A stretch of DNA of 15,030 bases from a virus (taxonomy: Duplodnaviria > Heunggongvirae > Uroviricota > Caudoviricetes). The DNA lies in IMG/VR virus record IMGVR_UViG_3300014749_000039, positions 1 through 15,030 of that record. The stretch is one strand, 5' to 3'. Shown one piece after another: positions 7,620 to 14,884 of the stretch (position 1 is its first letter; every line of letters begins with the position of its first letter). The translations under genes were made by a program, and so were the position numbers. The notes under the pieces were generated by a model. It was not told where the DNA came from. It saw nothing but the letters and a program-made list of their open reading frames with translations, and did no database searches.

Positions 7620-8473
7620 GCACGCACTCCGTACACGGCGGAACAATCCACGCCACGCGAAGGATCAAATCCTATCCAGCAGCGCGGCCCGGCAACAGCA
7701 ATGATTTCTGTTGCAGATTTACTCTCACCAGGTGCCACGCCGATGCTGCGTTTTGCCTTGATGTAGTGGTGAGTAAAATTGCGATACAGCGAACGGATCA
7801 GGGATGTGTCACTGTTAGAAATAATGACCGGATATCCTTCTGATGACCGATGTTCAAGAACGGATGCCAGGTGATACTGGTCATCTTCAGTGAAACCATC
7901 AGTGTGATAGCCGGAAAACGTACCGTCATAAGGCGGATCGCAATACACCACATCCCCCGCGTGCAACATCGCCAGCGTTTCATCGAAGCTGGCGCAGATA
8001 AACGTTGCCCGCTGGGCTTTTACTGCAAATGCACGAATTTCTTTTTCAGGAAAATACGGATTTTTATAATTACCGTAGGGAATGTTGAAATGCCCGCTCT
8101 TGTTATAGCGACATAAACCACGGTAACCGTGACGATTGAGATACAGGAAATATATCGCTTTCATGAAATCAGTAATTTCAGTTGAGTAATTAAACTCCTG
8201 CCTTATGTTGTAATAATCCATCTCCCTGTTTGCGTTCTCAAATAAAACTCTGGCGCGAGATATAAACGATTCACAATCAGCGGCAACCTTTTTATAGAGG
8301 TTGATTAAATCAGGATTAATATCCGCAACCAGATAGCTGGGATAATCCGTCTCCATCATCACAGCACAGGAACCCGCGAAAGGTTCAACCAGTCGCGGGC
8401 CAGCAGGAAGATGTTTTTTCAGTTCGGACATTATGGCAGTTTTATTTCCCGCCCATTTCAGGATGGTGCTCAT
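7616..8473 (-). CDS. dam: DNA adenine methyltransferase, Dam-like (D12 class N6-adenine MTase)
   Basis: Translation from ATG 8471-8473 begins [11 protein letters not shown]...[11 protein letters not shown] and contains the DPPY catalytic motif, with overall resemblance to E. coli Dam. SD GGAGGTG upstream; a C-terminal tail overlaps the start of gene A. Confidence 0.8.
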   Translation of the reverse strand: MSTILKWAGNKTAIMSELKKHLPAGPRLVEPFAGSCAVMMETDYPSYLVADINPDLINLYKKVAADCESFISRARVLFENANREMDYYNIRQEFNYSTEITDFMKAIYFLYLNRHGYRGLCRYNKSGHFNIPYGNYKNPYFPEKEIRAFAVKAQRATFICASFDETLAMLHAGDVVYCDPPYDGTFSGYHTDGFTEDDQYHLASVLEHRSSEGYPVIISNSDTSLIRSLYRNFTHHYIKAKRSIGVAPGESKSATEIIAVAGPRCWIGFDPSRGVDCSAVYGVRA

Positions 8474-8697
8474 ACAGCACCTCCGTTGTAATGTTTGCCT
8501 TTCAGCTCTGCGATTTCCTGACAGGTAATGCAAAGCTGCACACCCGGAATGGCACGGCGGCGTGCTGGCGGAATTGGCGCTTCACACTCAATGCAAAGCA
8601 CGCGGGACACGCCCGGCGTTTTGGCACGGGCAGCACGGATATGGCGTTGGCGTTCTTCTTCAACGCGCTGCTGTACGAGATCCATTGCATCAGCCAT
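8470..8697 (-). CDS. TraR/DksA-family C4 zinc-finger protein
   Basis: 75 aa with CIECEAPIPPARRRAIPGVQLCITCQ (CxxC...CxxC). AGGAGA SD upstream; stop overlaps the Dam start as ATGA. Confidence 0.65.
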   Translation of the reverse strand: MADAMDLVQQRVEEERQRHIRAARAKTPGVSRVLCIECEAPIPPARRRAIPGVQLCITCQEIAELKGKHYNGGAV

Positions 8698-8930
8698 TAG
8701 TGGATCTCCTGCGCTTCGTTCTGGATTGCTTCAGCAGTCACACGAAGCAGTTCTGCCGCTTCCACGTGGTTTAGCTGGCGGGATGAGATATGACACGCCA
8801 GGCTATCAAGGCGAGCTGCCATTGCTTCAGCCCTTGCCCGGCGTTCTTCCAGACGAGCCTCTGTCAGTAAAATATTAAGCCCTGCGTCAGCCGGTCCGGT
8901 TTTGGTCGAGAGGGTTTCAATATTACGCAT
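8697..8930 (-). CDS. Hypothetical early-operon protein (77 aa)
   Basis: ATG at 8928-8930 with AGGAGAA SD; the listed ORF starts two codons earlier at TTG. Stop overlaps the TraR-like start by 1 nt. Confidence 0.5.
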   Translation of the reverse strand: MRNIETLSTKTGPADAGLNILLTEARLEERRARAEAMAARLDSLACHISSRQLNHVEAAELLRVTAEAIQNEAQEIH

Positions 8931-9187
8931 AATCAATTCTCCTGAATTTAGATAAAGGGATGCCCGGCGGGTTTACGCCATTAATTTCATTAGTTGGTTA
9001 ATTCGGCATGGTTAGCCGTCTGGGGAATAAGCTCACCACTGCACGAAAATGATTCATTGCTTTAATCAACTCCCGCTTTTCGTCAGTGGTCAGCTCATTA
9101 ATGCTGATGCTATGACGTTCAGCTGGAATTTTTGCCATAAAGAATATGGCTGCCCGGGCTTCGTTTTTTTGTTTGTTATTGATTGGA

Positions 9188-9406
9188 TCATGGATTTTTT
9201 GCAATAAAGAATTGGGCAGCCAGTGCCCGTTTATTTTGTTCGCTATTAATATCGCGTGGATCACGCATATCTTTAATAAACCGTTCAAGCTCTGACTCAA
9301 TATTCAGACCAAAAACTTTCGCCCTTAACTCCGCAATGTGATTAAGTCCATTCAGGCGTTCACCGGGGCCTAATGGAACAGTCGCCGCAGCGCCATTAAT
9401 TGCCAT
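9188..9406 (-). CDS. Hypothetical early protein (72 aa); ends inside a tandem imperfect duplication
   Basis: ATG start at 9404-9406. Its C-terminal segment DPRDINSEQNKRALAAQFFIAKNP is repeated in diverged form in the +1 frame immediately downstream (ORF 8998..9300). Confidence 0.4.
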   Translation of the reverse strand: MAINGAAATVPLGPGERLNGLNHIAELRAKVFGLNIESELERFIKDMRDPRDINSEQNKRALAAQFFIAKNP

Positions 9407-9428
9407 AATTCATATTCCCAAAACGCAA

Positions 9429-9653
9429 CTATCGCTCTTTGTTCTTACGGTAACGCTCAAGAGGAGATATATTTTTTCGTATCATCTCTTTAACCTGCTC
9501 TCCCCGTAAAAACGTCCCATCCTTTAGCGTGAAAAAGTAACTGCCATCGCCCGACAACGACGGATAACAACAGAGCAAATCATCTTCAGATACTGAATAA
9601 CTCTCCCCTCTGTAACGAAACTGATAAACCACTTCACTTTCCGCTGCATACAT
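9429..9653 (-). CDS. Hypothetical early protein (74 aa)
   Basis: ATG at 9651-9653 with GGAGAAAG SD 6 nt upstream; overlaps the upstream ORF by 130 nt in another frame. Confidence 0.45.
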   Translation of the reverse strand: MYAAESEVVYQFRYRGESYSVSEDDLLCCYPSLSGDGSYFFTLKDGTFLRGEQVKEMIRKNISPLERYRKNKER

Positions 9654-9820
9654 TTTGACTTTCTCCGTATCCCCGTGGTCAATTCAGACAGCAATTCATC
9701 TTGTGAACGGCACGGATGCCAGCGTTTACCATCCTCACCCATGATCCAGCCGTGACCGTAGTGCATTGCCGGGCTTTGTTTTACCAGCAGCGATGCAAAT
9801 GATGGTTCTTTCGTCAGCAT
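9524..9820 (-). CDS. Hypothetical protein immediately downstream of cII (99 aa as written; C-terminal third looks like out-of-frame translation)
   Basis: ATG at 9818-9820 with SD GAGGTG overlapping the cII stop. The N-terminal ~50 aa look protein-like; the remainder is Cys/Arg-rich and overlaps the next gene. Confidence 0.4.
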   Translation of the reverse strand: MLTKEPSFASLLVKQSPAMHYGHGWIMGEDGKRWHPCRSQDELLSELTTGIRRKSKCMQRKVKWFISFVTEGRVIQYLKMICSVVIRRCRAMAVTFSR

Positions 9821-9827
9821 AAGCACC

Positions 9828-10337
9828 TCACAGCAAACCGAATGAAGCACCGAGGCCAGTCACGGTATCAACTGCACTCGCCATCGCAGGATTAGCCTGT
9901 AAACGGGCCTGCAATGAAACAGCAGCCAGCGCCATCAGTCGTGTTACAGAGTTAATGCTGCTGATAGCATCACGACGACCTGCACTGGTTTTTACATCGC
10001 CAGATACCGCACCTGCAGCAACACGCCCGATCTCTGCGGTTGCACTCATGACGTAATGTGGCAGTTTCTCTTTTGCCACCTCATTAATCGGTACACATGG
10101 CAGACAATGAATCTGTGCCAGAAAACCATCTATCAGCGTTGAGTCTTCTGTCAGATCGGTAAGCAGCCAGATTTCTGGCGCATTGAGCTGATGCGGTTGA
10201 TCTGGGTTGAGTTTGTTTCGCAGTGTCTGAACATTCATTCCTGCACGTTCTGCCAGCTTCGCCATATTGTGACGTAGTGCAAAAGCTCTACAGGCTTCAT
10301 CAAAATACGGATGTTTGGAAATCTTGTAATCAAACAT
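9828..10337 (-). CDS. cII: Phage 186 CII-like regulatory protein
   Basis: 169 aa, the length of 186 CII; N-terminal HTH-like region; AAGGGGG SD; positioned directly after the apl-like gene as in the 186 early lytic operon. Confidence 0.7.
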   Translation of the reverse strand: MFDYKISKHPYFDEACRAFALRHNMAKLAERAGMNVQTLRNKLNPDQPHQLNAPEIWLLTDLTEDSTLIDGFLAQIHCLPCVPINEVAKEKLPHYVMSATAEIGRVAAGAVSGDVKTSAGRRDAISSINSVTRLMALAAVSLQARLQANPAMASAVDTVTGLGASFGLL

Positions 10338-10369
10338 GCTGCCCCCTTAGAAAGTTCCCATAATTGAAC

Positions 10370-10612
10370 TTACTTACCAACAATGACGCGGAAGTTGGAA
10401 TGTCCGAGGGATTCACGGACCTGATCAGTTTTGTACATCAGATAACGCAGACTTACGCGGCCTTTGTTTTTTTCTTTCTTTACCATGTACTTAGCAAGTT
10501 GACCATGGTGAATTTTTTGGTAAACAGAGCCGCGGGAAATGCCCTCCCACTCTGCGAACTCTGCAGGTGTTGCCATCTCTTTTGGTACACGAATTGAAAT
10601 ATCAGTACTCAT
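10370..10612 (-). CDS. apl: Apl/Cox-like small HTH protein (excisionase / lytic-operon regulator)
   Basis: 80-aa protein with an HTH-like segment (EFAEWEGISRGSVYQKIHHGQL); first gene of the leftward operon, divergent from cI, as for 186 apl. Confidence 0.65.
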   Translation of the reverse strand: MSTDISIRVPKEMATPAEFAEWEGISRGSVYQKIHHGQLAKYMVKKEKNKGRVSLRYLMYKTDQVRESLGHSNFRVIVGK

Positions 10613-10658
10613 AGTGCAGTATCTCTTACTTTGTGTGCGTGTTAGTTCGTTTTAGCCC

Positions 10659-10720
10659 GTCTCTTAAACTCTCACATCAAGAGACAAGAAAACATTACGA
10701 TCCTGATTCAAGATTGTCAA
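10659..10720 (-). promoter_or_regulatory. Putative lytic promoter (pR-like) with adjacent inverted-repeat operator in the cI/apl switch region
   Basis: Minus strand has a perfect -35 TTGACA (10715-10720), a 17-bp spacer and -10 TAATGT (10692-10697). Immediately downstream is the inverted repeat GTCTCTT-N13-AAGAGAC (10659-10685); the half-site TCTCTTA recurs at 10622-10628. Confidence 0.4.
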
Positions 10721-10733
10721 ATGGAGATTACCA

Positions 10734-11366
10734 ATGTTAAACATCAGAATGGGTTCCGATACGGGAGGTAAAGCAGCTATTGAGAGGCTGCTTGCGGCTT
10801 ATGGATTCACAACTAAGCAGGCATTAAGTGAGCACCTGAATGTCTCAAAAAGCACTATGGCAAACAGAGTGTTACGTGACAGCTTTCCTGCTGACTGGAT
10901 AATTCAGTGCGCACTAGAAACCGGTGTTTCGTTGCTTTGGTTAGCTACAGGACAGGGAAGCATGAAAGCAGGATCTGAGACTGAAAAAAGATCTCACAAT
11001 GAGAACAAACAAGCAATTAAACCGTTATCTAAACTCATAACTCCATCTATTCCTAAAGGAACCTTGGAGAATGGACAACTCAGTATTGATGAAGAGATTT
11101 TCCTAGACCACAGCATATTACCTGCAAATTATGAAGAATCGATGTTCTTAGAAACCCCTACTGATTGTTATCTCATCGATAAATCAGTTAAACAAGTCAG
11201 CAATGGATTCTGGCTTATCAATATTGATGGAATGATTATTATTGCAAAAATTATGCGGATTCCCGGCAATAAGATTGTAGTAAATCAAGATGAAGCGTCT
11301 TTCGAGTGCTCTGCTGATGATGTGGAAGTTATTGGGCGTGCAGTCAAAGTAATAAAGAGTATCTAA
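10734..11366 (+). CDS. cI: CI-type immunity repressor (186 CI-like)
   Basis: 210-aa protein with N-terminal HTH region (TKQALSEHLNVSKSTMANRV) and motifs resembling 186 CI (CALETGVSLLWLATGQG; GFWLINIDG...FEC..DDVEVIGR). GGAG SD; divergent from apl and upstream of int. Confidence 0.75.
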   Translation: MLNIRMGSDTGGKAAIERLLAAYGFTTKQALSEHLNVSKSTMANRVLRDSFPADWIIQCALETGVSLLWLATGQGSMKAGSETEKRSHNENKQAIKPLSKLITPSIPKGTLENGQLSIDEEIFLDHSILPANYEESMFLETPTDCYLIDKSVKQVSNGFWLINIDGMIIIAKIMRIPGNKIVVNQDEASFECSADDVEVIGRAVKVIKSI

Positions 11367-11368
11367 AC

Positions 11369-12385
11369 ATGACTGTCAGAAAACAGCCAAACGGCAAATG
11401 GTTGTGTGAGTGCTATCCCAATGGACGCAATGGCAAGCGCGTGCGTAAGCAATTTGCTACGAAAGGAGAAGCCATTGCTTTTGAAAGCTTCACAATGGAA
11501 GAAGTGAATAAAAAACCGTGGCTAGGTGAAAAGGATGATCGGCGACGCCTATCAGAATTAATTGAGCTTTGGTATTCCCTGTATGGCCAGACACTCGCAG
11601 ACCCCAAGCGCCTCATGGCGAAACTTAGAATTATCTGTAATGGTCTAGGCGACCCCATCGCCTCAGAACTGACAGCCGGTGACTTTACAAAATACCGCGA
11701 AGCACGGTTAAAAGGCGACGTTCGTAACGAAGACGGCACACTAATGTCGCCAGTAAAACCACGCACGGTGAATCTTGAGCAACGTAACCTATCATCGGTT
11801 TTCGGCACATTGAAAAAACTAGGCCACTGGTCAGCACCAAATCCTCTCGCCGGGCTGCCAACATTTAAAATCGCTGAGGGGGAACTGGCGTTCCTGACCT
11901 CGGAAGAAATTAAACGTCTGCTAGATGCCTGCGCTGATTCTCAAAACCCCAGTCTGCTTTTGATTGCAAAAATATGCCTGGCCACCGGCGCACGCTGGAG
12001 TGAAGCCGAAAACCTGCAGGGCCATCAGTTATCTAAATACCGCATCACTTATACCAAGACGAAGGGCAAGAAAAACCGCACCGTGCCGATATCTCAAGAT
12101 CTGTATGACGAACTCCCCAAGAACAGAGGGAAGCTATTCACCCCGTGCAGAAAAGCCTTTGAACGGGCAGTAAAGCGAGCTGGCATCGAGCTGCCAGAGG
12201 GCCAATGCACTCACGTGCTACGTCATACATTCGCCAGTCATTTTATGATGAATGGCGGAAACATACTGGTCCTACGCGATATTCTGGGCCATGCCGATAT
12301 AAAAATGACGATGATTTACGCCCACTTTTCGCCGGATCATCTTGAAGATGCAGTTACTAAAAACCCTTTATGCAACTTAAGATAG
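11369..12385 (+). CDS. int: Tyrosine recombinase / phage integrase (P2/186 Int family)
   Basis: 338 aa; C-terminal catalytic region HVLRHTFASHFMMNGGNILVLRDILGHADIKMTMIYAHF with the R...HxxR...Y signature; immediately follows cI. Confidence 0.85.
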   Translation: MTVRKQPNGKWLCECYPNGRNGKRVRKQFATKGEAIAFESFTMEEVNKKPWLGEKDDRRRLSELIELWYSLYGQTLADPKRLMAKLRIICNGLGDPIASELTAGDFTKYREARLKGDVRNEDGTLMSPVKPRTVNLEQRNLSSVFGTLKKLGHWSAPNPLAGLPTFKIAEGELAFLTSEEIKRLLDACADSQNPSLLLIAKICLATGARWSEAENLQGHQLSKYRITYTKTKGKKNRTVPISQDLYDELPKNRGKLFTPCRKAFERAVKRAGIELPEGQCTHVLRHTFASHFMMNGGNILVLRDILGHADIKMTMIYAHFSPDHLEDAVTKNPLCNLR

Positions 12386-12758
12386 AGTAACTTATGAAAA
12401 TAAACTCAAATTATTTACAAATATTCAGCAGGTTATCCATTCTTATTTAACTCTTCAGACTGAGATTAGATTTTATTTATAGAATAAGATAATTTAATAT
12501 CACAAAAAACCTGTAAGCCCTCATCTTTGTTGTATAAAAACATAAAAGATGCCATATTCAAAAAAGTAGAAAAGCATTGCAATGCAACATTAAAAATAAG
12601 CCAATAAAAACCAGTCATTAGAAAATGAAAAAAAACAAAAACATTTTTTATCAAAGCTTCAGTCTGACTACTAGTTTGACTCTGCAATTAACTATCAAGA
12701 TGATCAATATTTATTGATCATCTTGAAGTTGCCCTCAGGAAAGATGAGTATAATATTT

Positions 12759-14492
12759 CTACTCAAGAAGATATTCTAACTCATCTTTTATCGGGATAAC
12801 TTGCTCATAAAGTCGGTGATATGACTTCCCAATTGCGCCTCTGAATTGTATTAACTTTGGTGGCTTGTTACCTATATTAATAATATGGTCTTGAGCTATA
12901 CCTGGGTAGGGATCAATAAATACAATTTCAGATATACCTAACTGATAAGCTTTTTTCGCACACAGCTCACAGGGACTGGCAGTTGTATATAACCTCCCCC
13001 CCTGAACGCCAATGCCACCATATTTTGCAAGTTGTAAAAATGCGTTTTCCTCAGCATGTAATGCACGTGTATGAACTTGATTACCTTTTTTATCTTTATC
13101 AAGATCATTATGTATATCTTTAAAACAATAAGATAAGTTCCTGCCTCTATAAATATCACCAGTTTTATCTATCGCCCTAAAATTTAATAGTTTCTCATTA
13201 GCTTTAATTCTGAAAGAACTATTATTTCTCTCATAATGACTGTACACTTTTTCATCAAAGTCGTTCATTAGGCCATCTAGCGATCTCATAGAGCAAGGAA
13301 TCTGACCGTTGGCGACATCATTCCAACCCACTGATTTTATTGAGTTTTCACCATCAGTTACTACAGCTCCCACCTGTCTAGATATACAACCAGAGTTTAA
13401 TTTTACCGTATACGCAACTTGCATAACCCTTTCCATTGCAGTAGGTGTTATCAGACCAGGATGCTTCATCAGTGCGATGTACCACGCTAATTGTGCTTTT
13501 AAAATATTGTCATTATCAAATTCATTTTTTGGGTTAAAAATGTGTATATCTGATAGTTCAATGCATTTAGTTACATTTGGATTAGTGAGATGTTTGTAAG
13601 AGTTATCACCTTTACCTGACTCTACAGAATCTATTTCCTCTATCTGCTTTTCAGAAAACTTATGTAGTTTCCGCAAATAGTTTGTTCGATGTTCATCTGG
13701 GGCATTTATTGACATTAAATGAAATGCAGAATATCTATCCTTAAAAAATTTTGCTTCATATGGATTTCTAATAGCATCTATGACAATTAATGCGTTATCT
13801 CTTTTGCTTTTTCTTATTAATTTAATAACCCTATTAATAGTTTCCGGCAAATGAAAAACAGATTTAGGTATAAACTCTTTATCTTCAAAATCGACTTCAA
13901 TACGCCCACGGCGTCTAATTGACTTACCTGCTAACTGATAGACTGAAACATATAAATTTGAGTTTATCGCATTTAGTTCAGCTTTGAATTCCTTAGTAAA
14001 TTTTCTAACTAACCTCAAAATTGATATAAATTTATTAATCGTTTTTTCATTAAGCTTCAATTCACTATTATGATCAAGCAAATTCTCAATTACATTTTTA
14101 AATCTTGTTAAAATGAGATTATCTGAAAATACACCAAAAGTTAATACATTATCTAAATGCTCTTTACTGATAGATTTATTAGATGATAGAATAAACTCAG
14201 AAGCTTCTTCAACTGTTAACATCAAAAGATACGCTGAGATTAGGTCACTCACCTTAATTGAGTAAAAATTTTCCCAGTGATTTTCTGCGAATTTTTTAAC
14301 TATATTATAACGATGGACATCCAATCCCTTGTAAAAACCCTGTAATTTACTTACATCAGGGAAGACTGTTTTTTCGTTTTCAAGAATATTAGCTGTTGTT
14401 GTGCAACCAGAACCAGTTCGACCTGTCAAACCGACTAAAATAAACTGCCCATTTTCAAGGAAAAGCTCACTAACGAATTTTTTTTCTTTCAT
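12759..14492 (-). CDS. P-loop kinase-like + deoxycytidylate/cytidine deaminase fusion protein (AvcD / defensive dCTP-deaminase-like)
   Basis: N-terminal nucleotide-binding loop LVGLTGRTGSGCTTT and C-terminal zinc-deaminase motifs HAEENAFLQ...PCELCAKKAYQLGISEIVF (H[AC]E...PCxxC). Very AT-rich gene in an AT-rich islet between int and the ssrA fragment. First codon is GTG (14493-14495) or ATG at 14490-14492. Confidence 0.75.
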   Translation of the reverse strand: MKEKKFVSELFLENGQFILVGLTGRTGSGCTTTANILENEKTVFPDVSKLQGFYKGLDVHRYNIVKKFAENHWENFYSIKVSDLISAYLLMLTVEEASEFILSSNKSISKEHLDNVLTFGVFSDNLILTRFKNVIENLLDHNSELKLNEKTINKFISILRLVRKFTKEFKAELNAINSNLYVSVYQLAGKSIRRRGRIEVDFEDKEFIPKSVFHLPETINRVIKLIRKSKRDNALIVIDAIRNPYEAKFFKDRYSAFHLMSINAPDEHRTNYLRKLHKFSEKQIEEIDSVESGKGDNSYKHLTNPNVTKCIELSDIHIFNPKNEFDNDNILKAQLAWYIALMKHPGLITPTAMERVMQVAYTVKLNSGCISRQVGAVVTDGENSIKSVGWNDVANGQIPCSMRSLDGLMNDFDEKVYSHYERNNSSFRIKANEKLLNFRAIDKTGDIYRGRNLSYCFKDIHNDLDKDKKGNQVHTRALHAEENAFLQLAKYGGIGVQGGRLYTTASPCELCAKKAYQLGISEIVFIDPYPGIAQDHIINIGNKPPKLIQFRGAIGKSYHRLYEQVIPIKDELEYLLE

Positions 14493-14687
14493 CACGTCCC
14501 ACTTATGAATGTAAGAATATTCAACATATTAATTATAATTTATTAACTCATTTTGTTCTAGATACTTGATGTAATGGCGGCACTTTGGCGACGGAGCATT
14601 AAAAACGCGTAAGACGAGCAAATACAACAAAACACTAACACATTGTTTTTAAATATAAATAGCTGTTTTTACTATACTAAAAATGGT

Positions 14688-14732
14688 ATGTAGGAATTTC
14701 GGACGCGGGTTCAACTCCCGCCAGCTCCACCA
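14688..14732 (+). other. ssrA: Partial tmRNA (ssrA) 3' end, ~45 nt ending in CCA: probable attachment-site repeat
   Basis: ATGTAGGAATTTCGGACGCGGGTTCAACTCCCGCCAGCTCCACCA matches my recollection of the E. coli tmRNA 3' terminus (T-arm GCGGG/CCCGC, acceptor strand, CCA). Sequence immediately upstream is AT-rich and not tmRNA-like, so this is a fragment and not a gene. Confidence 0.6.
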
Positions 14733-14860
14733 ATCATGATTGGACGGTGTAAGGACAACACCAACAAAAACAGGAAGTTAGAAGTCTCAGCAAAACACCG
14801 ACCAGACGGTGAGGAGACATAAAAGGATACGCAAAGGAGCCGCGGCTCCTGGTAACATGA

Positions 14861-14884
14861 AAGCCCACAGATGTGGGCTTTTTC
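14861..14884 (+). terminator. Rho-independent terminator-like hairpin
   Basis: AGCCCAC-agat-GTGGGCT followed by TTTTT on the + strand. Confidence 0.4.

Larger units (their letters stand above)
1..14732. mobile_element. 186/P2-like prophage, integrase-proximal part (continues beyond window start); right boundary taken as the ssrA 3' fragment, but could instead lie just after int (~12.4 kb)
   Basis: Colinear phage modules: terminase/portal, cos-like site, LexA-regulated tum-like operon, replication gene A, cII/apl/cI switch, tyrosine integrase, then a partial tmRNA 3' end typical of an att repeat. GC drops sharply in cargo regions. Confidence 0.6.

Noticed and set aside
7798-8878. ORFs 7798..7983(-), 7850..8116(+), 8491..8700(+), 8502..8690(-), 8528..8878(+), 8562..8774(+)
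   Set aside because: Alternate-frame or antisense ORFs within the Dam, TraR-like and adjacent early genes.
10364-12173. ORFs 10364..10597(+), 11413..11808(-), 11964..12173(+)
   Set aside because: Antisense or alternate-frame ORFs inside the apl-like and integrase genes.
12466-12687. 73-aa hydrophobic ORF downstream of the deaminase gene (minus strand)
   Set aside because: Lies in very AT-rich non-coding DNA where Phe/Leu/Ile/Asn-rich ORFs arise by chance, and has no clear SD; a small membrane protein cannot be fully excluded.
12938-13599. ORFs 12938..13159(-) and 13309..13599(+)
   Set aside because: Inside the deaminase gene in other frames or strands.
14655-14732. Possibility of a complete tRNA or tmRNA gene
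   Set aside because: Only the T-arm, acceptor 3' strand and CCA are present; upstream sequence is AT-rich and cannot form the D-arm or anticodon arm, so it is a fragment (att repeat), not a gene.
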